Source of the DNA: Sinorhizobium meliloti
GTDB lineage: Bacteria > Pseudomonadota > Alphaproteobacteria > Rhizobiales > Rhizobiaceae
Assembly (NCBI RefSeq): GCF_017876815.1
Contig: NZ_JAGIOS010000001.1
Coordinates: 660,001 to 692,000 of the forward strand
Direction of reading: 5' to 3'
DNA: 32,000 bases
Positions within the stretch are counted from its first letter, which is position 1. The number at the start of each line of letters is the position of its first letter. A program made the translations under genes and the position numbers. The notes under the pieces were generated by a model. That model saw only the letters and a program-made list of their open reading frames with translations, had not been told where the DNA came from and ran no database searches. Positions 7,320 to 15,133 of this stretch are shown in pieces.

Positions 7320-7739
7320 ATGGGGCAAGTGCTCAGCAATGATCCGGCCGCGACGGTCGGAGGCGTACCGATCGGCGCCGTGAAGGCCGCGGCGAAGGCG
7401 ATTAGCAAGCAAGCAGCTGGCGAGCAGCCGGCCGAAGAGGCGCAAACCGAGGCCTTCGACAAAAAGGAAACAGGAGCGTCGGAGGCGCACGGCGTCGCGC
7501 GCGACCAGCTCCGCGCCTTCATCGAGCGGATCGAACGCCTCGAGGAAGAAAAGGCGACGATCGCCAGCGACATCAAGGACGTCTATGGCGAGGCCAAAGC
7601 CATGGGCTTCGACACGAAAATCCTGCGCAAGGTCATCCGCATCCGCAAGCAGGATCACGATGAACGCATAGAGCAGGAGGCGATCCTCGACACCTACCTC
7701 CAGGCGCTTGGCATGGTGTCAGCGGGGGAGGACGAGTGA
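7320..7739 (+). CDS. GapR / DUF2312 (UPF0335) family DNA-binding protein with an N-terminal extension
   Basis: [70 protein letters not shown] is the conserved DUF2312/GapR core. ATG 7320 lies 6 nt after GGAG; the track start is TTG 7305. Confidence 0.8.
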   Translation: MGQVLSNDPAATVGGVPIGAVKAAAKAISKQAAGEQPAEEAQTEAFDKKETGASEAHGVARDQLRAFIERIERLEEEKATIASDIKDVYGEAKAMGFDTKILRKVIRIRKQDHDERIEQEAILDTYLQALGMVSAGEDE

Positions 7740-8104
7740 TGTCGACGATAGTTACCCTGCTTTGCGAAACTCAGATCGAGCTTGCACGGATCTCCGAAAG
7801 CGACTTCCGAGACGAGCTGCGCCGCCGCACCATCATCATGGAAGAGATCAAGGAAGAAGTTCGCCAGGACGTCTTGGACACGCTCTCGCCGAGTTCTTCC
7901 GCGACCGAGGATCTTTTCAATGAAATCGAGCGCCGGAAGGTGACCCACGATCATTGGACCGATCGCGTCTATAGGCTCCTCGCTGAAGGTGATTGCGCAG
8001 GCGCGATGGACATCATGCATCGCGAACTCGACCTTTCCCCCCCGTCCCACGAGTGCGCGATCGCCGACCTCATCGCCGGCCGTAAAGGAACCGCCCATGT
8101 TTAA
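7739..8104 (+). CDS. Hypothetical phage protein
   Basis: About 121-aa acidic ORF. ATG 7739 (or GTG 7736) overlaps the GapR-like stop, with GGGGAGG upstream. Confidence 0.5.
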   Translation: MSTIVTLLCETQIELARISESDFRDELRRRTIIMEEIKEEVRQDVLDTLSPSSSATEDLFNEIERRKVTHDHWTDRVYRLLAEGDCAGAMDIMHRELDLSPPSHECAIADLIAGRKGTAHV

Positions 8105-9215
8105 AACCAAGAAGGCGGCCTTTCAGGCTGCGCTGTCATCCGTGAAGGATGCGGTCAACAGCAAGAACACGATCCCGCACCTCGCCAACATCGCGGTGGA
8201 ACGCCACGCCGAAGGCATCCGCCTGCGCGCGACAAACCTCGATATCGAGATCGCCGCGCCCTTCCAAGCCGAGATCGGCGCCGACTTCTCCGGCTTCACA
8301 TTTCCCGCCAAGACCGTCACCTCGATTGTTGGAGCGGTCGACGACGGCAAGGACATATCCTTCGAGGCAGTGATGCTTGGCAACAAGCTCGAGGCGGTGA
8401 CGATCCGTTCCGGCCGGTCGAGGATCAAGGTTCCGATCCTGCCCCTCGCCGATTTCCCGATCCTCGACCAAGGCGAACTACCTTTTGCGGTGTCGCTCGG
8501 CAGTTCATCCTTCATCCGCTGCCTCTCGGCCGTCGACTATGCCTGCTCGACCGAGGAGACGCGCCACTACCTGAACGGCGTGTTCCTCGACGCGTCGGAG
8601 GCCGGGCTGATGTTCGTGGCGACCGATGGCCACCGCATGGCCCGTCGCTTGCTACCGTCGTCAGATGTCGACGATCCTATCGAAAGCATGCCGAAGGTGA
8701 TCCTACCCAGGGAAACCGCGCCGCTGCTCGTCAAGCACCTGCCGAAGGACGAGACGCTGTCGATCTCCCTTTCTGAGTTCCGCATCCGCTTCGCGGCGGG
8801 GAACATCGTCATCATCTCGAAGCTCGTCGAGGGCACCTATCCCGACTATCGCCGGCTGTCGCCCGGCTCGCACAAGATCCGCGCCCGGATCAGTGGCGCC
8901 GAACTAAAGGCGGCTATCGCCCGCGTGCTGACAGTTAACACTGAGAAGGGCAACGCCGTCCGCTTCACTTTCGATAAGACGTCAGCGACACTCACCTCTC
9001 GGCCGGGCGACGCTGGCGAGGCTGAGGACGTCGTCACCGCCGCCAGCGACGGCGAATTCGTCGTCGGCATGAACGGCGCCTATCTCCGAGAATCGATCGA
9101 TCACCTCGACACCGAGGAAATCGAACTCGACTTCAACGATCCCGCATCGCCGATCCTGCTGCGCAAGCCAGGCGAGACCGACACCCACACCATCATCATG
9201 CCGATGCGCGTCTAG
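8097..9215 (+). CDS. dnaN: DNA polymerase III beta sliding clamp, mobile-element-borne paralogue
   Basis: 372 aa with family hallmarks along the full length: NTIPHLANIAV, ATNLDIEI, TRHYLNGVFL, VATDGHRMA, LVEGTYPDYRRL, VGMNGAYLRESI and the C-terminal IIMPMRV. Start at internal ATG 8097. Confidence 0.9.
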   Translation: MFKTKKAAFQAALSSVKDAVNSKNTIPHLANIAVERHAEGIRLRATNLDIEIAAPFQAEIGADFSGFTFPAKTVTSIVGAVDDGKDISFEAVMLGNKLEAVTIRSGRSRIKVPILPLADFPILDQGELPFAVSLGSSSFIRCLSAVDYACSTEETRHYLNGVFLDASEAGLMFVATDGHRMARRLLPSSDVDDPIESMPKVILPRETAPLLVKHLPKDETLSISLSEFRIRFAAGNIVIISKLVEGTYPDYRRLSPGSHKIRARISGAELKAAIARVLTVNTEKGNAVRFTFDKTSATLTSRPGDAGEAEDVVTAASDGEFVVGMNGAYLRESIDHLDTEEIELDFNDPASPILLRKPGETDTHTIIMPMRV

Positions 9216-9224
9216 GAGGCCACC

Positions 9225-9728
9225 ATGATTACCGAGATCACTAAAGACGCGATCAGGAAGGTTCAAGCCGCACTCGGCCGCGAAGGCGTCTATGTTTCGT
9301 GGAGTACAACGCAGCGGGCGCTTGCCGCCGCATTCAAGGGTAAAGGTTATCAGGATCGCGTTTCAGCCGCTCATTCTGCCCTTTTTCATGATGACCCAAC
9401 CGACGTCCCAGAGCGCCTTGCTCGCTTCTTCGAGGAGGTCAACGAAACCTGCCAGGCATTCGGCATGTCTCGCGAGGACGCGCACAAGCTTGTCGATTAC
9501 ACCTATGACCGGCCGGTCGGCGATCCAGCCAAGGAGATCGGCGCCGCCCTGCTCACCCTCGCTTCGCTTTCCGTCGTAACTGGCTTCGACATGATGAGCT
9601 GCGCCGAGGCAGATCTCGAAAAGCTACAGCGGCCCGAGACGATCGCTCGCATCCGGGCCAAGCGGTCAACCCGCCATGGTCGCGGACCATTGCCTGGCTT
9701 TGACGCTGAACAACGGGTGCCTGAATGA
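9225..9728 (+). CDS. Hypothetical protein, possibly a MazG-like NTP pyrophosphohydrolase fold
   Basis: AGGAGG lies 5 nt upstream. The C-terminal half (FFEEVNET...EIGAALLTLASLSVVTGFDMMSCAEADLEKL) loosely fits the MazG helix pattern. The functional call is weak. Confidence 0.5.
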   Translation: MITEITKDAIRKVQAALGREGVYVSWSTTQRALAAAFKGKGYQDRVSAAHSALFHDDPTDVPERLARFFEEVNETCQAFGMSREDAHKLVDYTYDRPVGDPAKEIGAALLTLASLSVVTGFDMMSCAEADLEKLQRPETIARIRAKRSTRHGRGPLPGFDAEQRVPE

Positions 9729-10093
9729 GCAGCCGGCGCGACCAGATCCGCGAAAAGATCATGGCGCGCGTCATGATCGACCCGGTGACCGGTTGCTGGA
9801 ACTGGACCGGGCCGACCTCAGGCAAGACCGGCCGAGGCAAGGATTATCCGCGCATGTGGTTGAGCGGCCAGACGGTCGCCGTGCATCTCGTCATGTGGAC
9901 CAATGAGCACGGATACATCCCCGGCAAGAGGCAGCTCGACCACAAGTGCCGCAACCGCCTCTGCGTCAATCCGGACCCCAAGCATACCGAGCTGGTGACG
10001 TACAAGGAAAACCAGAAGCGCCGCGACAGAGCCCGCGCGGCAATGATCCGACACAACGGCGGCCCGCCGCTTGAGTGCGCGGAGGTGCTATGA
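9725..10093 (+). CDS. HNH endonuclease
   Basis: GCWNWTG ... AVHLVMW ... LDHKCRNRLCVNPDHTEL..KENQ is the HNH_3-type motif. ATGA overlap with the upstream stop. Confidence 0.8.
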   Translation: MSSRRDQIREKIMARVMIDPVTGCWNWTGPTSGKTGRGKDYPRMWLSGQTVAVHLVMWTNEHGYIPGKRQLDHKCRNRLCVNPDPKHTELVTYKENQKRRDRARAAMIRHNGGPPLECAEVL

Positions 10094-10419
10094 TGCGTGC
10101 CGCTGACGGTCCCTTAGGCAAGATCTTCACGCTCGACGAGGCGAGCGCCTATCTACGCATGACCGGGCGCGCGATCGCCAAAGTTGCCAAGCGTGAAGGT
10201 CTGTGCACTATTTCCGGTCGAGACATGCTCTTCAGCGAGAGCGACCTTCTGGCAATTTGGGATGCGATGCGATGCCCCTCAAGCTCGTCCAGCGCAAAGG
10301 CTCGGACTTCTACTACATCCGTGGCACCGTCCGCGGACAAAGCCTATTCGAATCTACTGGCACTCGCGACAGAGAAGTCGCGGAAGCGATCCGTATCAAA
10401 ACGGAAAGCCGGCTGCTGA
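10090..10419 (+). CDS. Excisionase/AlpA-like HTH protein, with its C-terminal tail read through the integrase start
   Basis: FTLDEASAYLRMTGRAIAKVAKREGLCTISGRDMLFSESDLLAIWD is an excisionase-family HTH. GGAGG lies 4 nt before ATG 10090 (ATGA overlap with the HNH stop). The frame stays open for 148 nt inside int, giving a low-complexity Ser/Lys tail. Confidence 0.55.
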   Translation: MMRAADGPLGKIFTLDEASAYLRMTGRAIAKVAKREGLCTISGRDMLFSESDLLAIWDAMRCPSSSSSAKARTSTTSVAPSADKAYSNLLALATEKSRKRSVSKRKAGC

Positions 10420-11429
10420 ACGAAAGCGTTCACGGCAAGAAAGCCCTGATCACGTTCGAAGAGGCCGCAGAGTCATACATCGCGTCTGGCGGCTCCGAAC
10501 GATTTCTCATCAAGGTCTCACCCTCGACCGGAAAGGTCTCCGGCATTGTCGCGCATTTTCGAGGCAAGCTGCTGAAGGACCTGACCCAGTCAGATCTTGA
10601 CGCGGCCGCTCGCATTCTCTTCCCGACAGCCTCGGCCGAGACGCGCAACCGTCAATGCTACACGCCCTTCATCGCCGTCTGGAACCATGCCGCCGGCAAC
10701 CAGTGGGCCGAGGTTCGCCAATGGAAGCGGCCGCGCAAGGCGAAGGGTACGAACATCGTAAAACTCAAGGTGCGCGCCGGCACCAAGCCGACGAGCTATG
10801 ACCGAGCTGCCCAGTTCGTCGCCGCCATGTCACCCGCACCGGCTCAGTTGATGACCGCCCTATTCTACACCGGCATGCGACCAATCGAGATGTTCCTCCT
10901 CGAGGCGTCAGACGTGAACATGCCAGGACGATGGATAACGCTCGACGCTAGCAAGACAGGCGAGCCGCGCGGCATTCCCATCCACGAGTTTCTAGTGCCG
11001 CTCTTCGAGGCGCTGGTGGCCCGTGGCGGCGTTCTTTTCCGCTCGCACAAGGGAGACCTCTACCCGCCGACGGAGGAGTTTGGCGGCCAGATTTCCAGCG
11101 CCATCACCGGCGCCCGCAATCGCCTTAAGAAACGCGGCGTCTCTATTGTCGACATCGCGCCCTATACTGCCCGCCACACAGTATCCACGCAGCTCGTCAT
11201 CAACGGCATCCACCCCTACATCAAGGATCAGATCCTCGGCCACGCCGCCGACGACATGAGCCGCCACTACACCCATGTGCCGCAGCAGCCACTGATCGAT
11301 GCCATCAACACCCTGCCCGTGCCGCAGCTCTGGCGCGATCAGGAATGGTGGAGCGATCCAGTCTACTGGTCGCGAAGACTGGTGAAGTGGGGTGATCCGG
11401 CGAAACGCCGAGTGCAGAAGGTGGGTTAG
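10272..11429 (+). CDS. int: Tyrosine recombinase / phage integrase
   Basis: The N-terminus MPLKLVQRKGSDFYYIRGTVRGQSLFESTGTRDREVAE is typical of alphaproteobacterial phage integrases. The catalytic region has TGMRPIE, ARHTVST (HxxR), LGHA and RHYTHV (Tyr). Adjacent to a tRNA-derived att site. Confidence 0.9.
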   Translation: MPLKLVQRKGSDFYYIRGTVRGQSLFESTGTRDREVAEAIRIKTESRLLNESVHGKKALITFEEAAESYIASGGSERFLIKVSPSTGKVSGIVAHFRGKLLKDLTQSDLDAAARILFPTASAETRNRQCYTPFIAVWNHAAGNQWAEVRQWKRPRKAKGTNIVKLKVRAGTKPTSYDRAAQFVAAMSPAPAQLMTALFYTGMRPIEMFLLEASDVNMPGRWITLDASKTGEPRGIPIHEFLVPLFEALVARGGVLFRSHKGDLYPPTEEFGGQISSAITGARNRLKKRGVSIVDIAPYTARHTVSTQLVINGIHPYIKDQILGHAADDMSRHYTHVPQQPLIDAINTLPVPQLWRDQEWWSDPVYWSRRLVKWGDPAKRRVQKVG

Positions 11430-11506
11430 CGCAACTGTGCATTATCCGTGCACAGCGCTTGCGAAAAGCGAAATTCATGTTTAGCTACGCATGCTTACAA
11501 AGGCTC

Positions 11507-11561
11507 GCTGCTGGCCTTGGTAAGGGAGAGGCCGAGAGTTCAAATCTCTCTAGCAGCACCA
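11507..11561 (+). other. Truncated tRNA-Thr(GGU) 3' portion, putative attR core (not a complete tRNA gene)
   Basis: 11515-11561 reads CC-TTGGTAA-GGGAG-AGGCC-GAGAG-TTCAAAT-CTCTC-TAGCAGC-A-CCA. That is an anticodon loop with GGT, the 3' anticodon stem, a 5-nt variable loop, a perfect T arm, the 3' acceptor strand, the discriminator and CCA. There is no D arm and no matching 5' anticodon-stem strand. GCTGCTG at 11507-11513 can pair with the 3' acceptor strand. Two small hairpins (11435-11455, 11456-11470) lie between the int stop and this segment. Confidence 0.7.
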
Positions 11562-11607
11562 GTTTTCTCTAGCGAACAGCTATTTACCAGCCATGAAGGC
11601 CGATGCC

Positions 11608-12855
11608 TTACGCCTGCGTTTGCCGTGGCAGGTACCAGACGTCGACGGGGAGCCGCCGGCCCGCCAGGGCGGCTGATTTCAGGGACATCCACTCGGCTGT
11701 CGGGATCGGGCCTTGCAGCCGCTCGTTCAGCGCAAGCGAGATCACAAGCGGAGCGTCGAGCGACTTGGCCAGGGTTTCGAGTCTCTGCGCCACGTTCACC
11801 GCATCGCCTATCACGGTGAACTCGCTGTGGACGCCGCTGTCCAGAACGCCTCCGACGACCGTGCCGTAGTGCAGGCCGATGACGGCATCGAGGGTGGGAT
11901 AGCCGTTCGAGAGGTTGTGGTTCCTCCAGTCGTCGAGCGCATCGACCAGATCCAGCGCACAGGCGAGTGCCCGGTCGGCATCGTTTTCCATGGGCCGCGG
12001 CTGCCCGAACACGGCCATGACACCGTCTCCGATGAACTTGTCGACGGTCCCCCCATGATCGAAGATCGTCTGGGAGACGAACCGGCGGTATTCCGCCAGA
12101 ACGGAGGCCAGATCGCCGGCGGTGGCAGTCTCGGCGAATCTGGTGAAGTCGCGCAGGTCGACGAACATGATCGCCGCGTTGCGCCGGCCGAGGCCGAAAG
12201 CATCGCCGCCTTTCTGCAGTTCCGCCACGATCAGCGGCGAGAAGAACCGCGAGAGATTGCGACGCCGCTGGTCCGCTTCGAGCGCCTCGTTGCGCGTCCG
12301 GTCGTGATCCCTCGCAAGCAGGTAGGTGGCAAAGGCTGTGAAGCCGAAGCTCACCGTCAGCCCGAAGTCCTGACTGAAGAAGGAAGAAAGCAGCGCCATG
12401 ACGTCTCTGGCCCCGTGTCTCACCGCCGAGATGGCCAGCATGGCCACCCAGGAGACGAGGACGATCCCGGAAAAAGTGAGAACGAGGCGGCGGTCGAGCT
12501 GGAGGCCGGCGTGGATGAGCAGGACGAAACCGACCACGAGGCTGGTCGTGGTCAGGTTATGGTCCTCGGAGGCCGGAGCGAGGATATAGGCGTAAAGGAT
12601 CGCCGCGACGAGCAGCCCGTCCAGAACGACGAACAGCGTCTTGAGCCAGAAACGGCCGGGGAGAAACAGTGCGGTCGCGACCGAAACGATGCTGATGATG
12701 AAATAGGCGATGACGACGACGTAGTGCGTGTCTCTGGTTCCCTCGCTTCCACCGAGCAGGAGGTTTGCAATCAAGATCGCGAAGGCGACGAACCTCAGTG
12801 CGCTCGAGCGGATTTCCTTTGCGAAGTCCCAGGGTGCGTGAAGCGTATACGTCAT
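11608..12855 (-). CDS. cya: Membrane-anchored class III adenylate/guanylate cyclase
   Basis: About six N-terminal hydrophobic helices followed by the cyclase domain: AAIMFVDLRDFTRFAE ... GGTVDKFIGDGVMAVFG ... IGLHYGTVVGGVL ... EFTVIGDAVNVAQRLE. Confidence 0.9.
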   Translation of the reverse strand: MTYTLHAPWDFAKEIRSSALRFVAFAILIANLLLGGSEGTRDTHYVVVIAYFIISIVSVATALFLPGRFWLKTLFVVLDGLLVAAILYAYILAPASEDHNLTTTSLVVGFVLLIHAGLQLDRRLVLTFSGIVLVSWVAMLAISAVRHGARDVMALLSSFFSQDFGLTVSFGFTAFATYLLARDHDRTRNEALEADQRRRNLSRFFSPLIVAELQKGGDAFGLGRRNAAIMFVDLRDFTRFAETATAGDLASVLAEYRRFVSQTIFDHGGTVDKFIGDGVMAVFGQPRPMENDADRALACALDLVDALDDWRNHNLSNGYPTLDAVIGLHYGTVVGGVLDSGVHSEFTVIGDAVNVAQRLETLAKSLDAPLVISLALNERLQGPIPTAEWMSLKSAALAGRRLPVDVWYLPRQTQA

Positions 12856-12907
12856 GTCCTACCCGATCAGGGGTGATGCTTACCGGTTAGCCGGCAAAGC
12901 CGGATGA

Positions 12908-12934
12908 GGAGGCGGCGGCAATCCCGCCGCCTCC
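12908..12934 (-). terminator. GC-rich hairpin downstream of the copper operon
   Basis: GGAGGCGGCGG-CAATC-CCGCCGCCTCC is a perfect 11-bp stem, 10 nt after the CusF-like stop on the minus strand. A second small hairpin, CCGGC-TTT-GCCGG, follows. There is no U-tract, so intrinsic termination is not certain. Confidence 0.4.
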
Positions 12935-12944
12935 CCCCGGTGGA

Positions 12945-13229
12945 CTACTTCACCGCGGTGACGGTCAGCTTGCCGTCGACGCGTTCGGCGACGAATTCGA
13001 TCTGAGCGCCTTCCTTCAGCTTCGACAGCAGGGCTTCGTCCTTGACCCGGAAGACCATCGTCATTCCAGGCATTTCGAGCTCCTTCAGGTCCTCGTGCAT
13101 CAGTGTGACCTTCTTCGCCTTGGCATCGACCTTCTTGACGGTGCCTTTGGTGAAGTCGGCGGCGAAAGCGCCATAGGCCGTGCCGAGAGCGAGGGCGAAG
13201 GCCAGCGTGGACTTTACAATCGTTTTCAT
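12945..13229 (-). CDS. CusF-like periplasmic Cu(I)/Ag(I)-binding protein
   Basis: Signal peptide followed by GTVKKVDAKAKKVTLMHEDLKELEMPGMTMVFRV...GAQIEFVAERVDGKLTVTAV, the CusF/SilF pattern with the MPxMTMxF motif. Confidence 0.8.
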   Translation of the reverse strand: MKTIVKSTLAFALALGTAYGAFAADFTKGTVKKVDAKAKKVTLMHEDLKELEMPGMTMVFRVKDEALLSKLKEGAQIEFVAERVDGKLTVTAVK

Positions 13230-13250
13230 GTGAGACCCTTTCCTGAGGAT

Positions 13251-13730
13251 TTATTTCTGTGCGACGGTCACGTCGCCGTGCATGCCCGCGTCGTAGTGAC
13301 CCGGCACCAGGCACGCGATCTTGAACGTGCCGGCATTGGTGAATTTCCAGACGATTTCGCCGGACTTTCCGGGGGTGAGACGGATCGCATTCGGATCCTC
13401 GTGCTCCATGTCGGGGAATTTCTCCATCGCCGCCTTGTGCTCCATGACCTTGTCCTGCTGGTCGAGGACGAATTCATGCTCGAGCTCGCCGGCGTTCTTG
13501 ATCGCGAAACGGACGGTCTGGCCCTCGCGGACCTGGAAGTCCGACGGCGCGAAGATCATCTGGCCGTCATCCGTCTCCTTCATGGTCACCCGGATCGTCT
13601 GGGTGACGTCGGCCTTCTTGCCGGGTTCCCCGACGGCCATGACCTCGTCATGACCGCCCTCGTGACTGCCGGAAGCGAGCGCCGGTGAGGCGAGCGCCGC
13701 GGCAAGAAGTCCGAAGATTGCAGCTTTCAT
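13251..13730 (-). CDS. Periplasmic cupredoxin (plastocyanin/azurin-like, CopI-like) copper protein
   Basis: Start MKAAIFGLLAAALASPALA (AAGGA SD). The mature N-terminus is His-rich (SGSHEGGHDE). Type-1 Cu ligand pattern: HEFVL ... ACLVPGHYDAGMHG. Confidence 0.8.
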   Translation of the reverse strand: MKAAIFGLLAAALASPALASGSHEGGHDEVMAVGEPGKKADVTQTIRVTMKETDDGQMIFAPSDFQVREGQTVRFAIKNAGELEHEFVLDQQDKVMEHKAAMEKFPDMEHEDPNAIRLTPGKSGEIVWKFTNAGTFKIACLVPGHYDAGMHGDVTVAQK

Positions 13731-13769
13731 CGTATTGTCCTTTGGTTGGTTGAAGATGGTCATGCGGTA

Positions 13770-15119
13770 TCACCCGTGTTTGGAGTGCTTCGGCGTGATC
13801 TGGGTCTTTGCGTTGTCGGCCCTGGTCCAGTCGGGAAGCTCGCCCGTCCACTCCCAGGCCTGCGTTCCGGGCGGGTTTTCGTACCAGCCGGGATCGGAGT
13901 AATCGTCCGCCGAGATGCCCTCGCGCACCTTGACGACGGAGAACATGCCGCCCATCTCGATCGGCCCGTGCGGTCCCCAGCCGGTCATCATGGGTATGGT
14001 GTTTTCGGGAAGTTCCATTTCCATCTTGCCCATGTCGGACATGCCGGCCGTGCCCATCGGCATGTATTCCGGGCGGACTTTCCGGATCTTTTGCGCGACT
14101 TCCTTCTTGTCGACCCCGATGAAGGTCGGGATGTCGTGTCCCATGGCGTTCATCGTGTGGTGCGACTTATGGCAATGGATCGCCCAGTCACCCGCGTATT
14201 TGGCGTCGAATTCGTAGGCCCGCATGGCGCCGACCGGAATGTCGATGCTGACCTCCGGCCACCGCGCCTCCGGCCGGACCCAGCCGCCGTCGGTGCACGT
14301 GACCTCGAAGTCGTAGCCGTGCATGTGGATCGGGTGGTTGGTCATGGTGAGGTTACCGACCCGTACGCGCACACGGTCGTTCTTGGAAACGACGAGCGGG
14401 CTGATGTCCGGGAATATGCGGCTGTTCCAGCACCACATATTGAAGTTGGTCATTTCCATGACGCGCGGCACGTAGGAGCCCGGCTCGATGTCGTAGGCGT
14501 TGAGCAGGAACACGAAATCCCGGTCGACCGGCATGAACTTCGGGTCCTTGGGATGGATCACGAAGAAGCCCATCATCCCCATCGCCATCTGCACCATTTC
14601 GTCGGAATGCGGGTGGTACATGAAGGTGCCGGACTTCACGAGATCGAACTCGTAGACGAAGGTCTTGCCGGGCGGGATGTGCGGCTGCGACAGCCCGCCG
14701 ACCCCATCCATGCCGGACGGCAGGATCATGCCGTGCCAGTGGATCGTCGTCGGCTCCGGCAGCTTGTTGGTGACGAAGATGCGGACCCGATCGCCCTCGA
14801 CCGCTTCGATCGTCGGACCCGGCGACTGGCCGTTATAGCCCCAGAGATAGGCGGTCATGCCCTCGGCCATCTCGCGCTCGACCGGCTCGGCGACGAGATG
14901 GAACTCCTTGACGCCGCTGTTCATCCGGTGAGGCGCGGTCCAGCCGTTGACGGTCACCACCGGGTTGTAGTCGGGGCCGGAGGCCGGACGGACGGGAGCT
15001 TGCGTTTCCGCCGTCTCCATGATTGCCGCTTCCGGCAGGCCCATATTCGACGTTTTCGCCCAGGCGGCGGTGGATACCAGTGCGGCGCTCGCGCCGAGTA
15101 ACTGTCGTCTGTTGAACAT
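13770..15119 (-). CDS. Multicopper oxidase (CopA/PcoA-type) with a Tat signal
   Basis: Twin-arginine leader MFNRRQLLGASAALV. Cu-binding motifs HWHG, HPHSD, HPIHMHG and HCHKSHH. Met-rich C-terminal segment (MPMGTAGMSDMGKMEMELPENTIPMM). Confidence 0.9.
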   Translation of the reverse strand: MFNRRQLLGASAALVSTAAWAKTSNMGLPEAAIMETAETQAPVRPASGPDYNPVVTVNGWTAPHRMNSGVKEFHLVAEPVEREMAEGMTAYLWGYNGQSPGPTIEAVEGDRVRIFVTNKLPEPTTIHWHGMILPSGMDGVGGLSQPHIPPGKTFVYEFDLVKSGTFMYHPHSDEMVQMAMGMMGFFVIHPKDPKFMPVDRDFVFLLNAYDIEPGSYVPRVMEMTNFNMWCWNSRIFPDISPLVVSKNDRVRVRVGNLTMTNHPIHMHGYDFEVTCTDGGWVRPEARWPEVSIDIPVGAMRAYEFDAKYAGDWAIHCHKSHHTMNAMGHDIPTFIGVDKKEVAQKIRKVRPEYMPMGTAGMSDMGKMEMELPENTIPMMTGWGPHGPIEMGGMFSVVKVREGISADDYSDPGWYENPPGTQAWEWTGELPDWTRADNAKTQITPKHSKHG

Positions 15120-15133
15120 GTTCGGTTCCTTTC

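Larger units (their letters stand above)
1..11561. mobile_element. Integrated temperate phage-like or satellite-like element, right-hand portion (left end lies outside the window)
   Basis: Contiguous phage-type genes (CI/Cro switch, primase-helicase, SSB, clamp, HNH, Xis-like, tyrosine integrase). The integrase stop is 78 nt before a truncated tRNA-Thr 3' segment at 11507-11561. Ordinary chromosomal genes start beyond it. Confidence 0.8.

Noticed and set aside
11507-11561. The 55-nt tRNA-like fold as the acceptor piece of a two-piece alphaproteobacterial tmRNA (ssrA).
   Set aside because: The acceptor stem lacks the G3:U70 alanine identity pair. A normal Thr anticodon loop is present. I see no ANDN...-type tag reading frame and no pseudoknot-rich sequence nearby.
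11608-12855. The class III cyclase next to the island as a possible Pycsar/CBASS-like antiphage signalling gene.
   Set aside because: It lies outside the tRNA-derived att boundary and has a six-helix membrane N-terminus like the many housekeeping rhizobial Cya proteins. There is no adjacent cNMP-binding effector gene; the next gene belongs to a copper operon.
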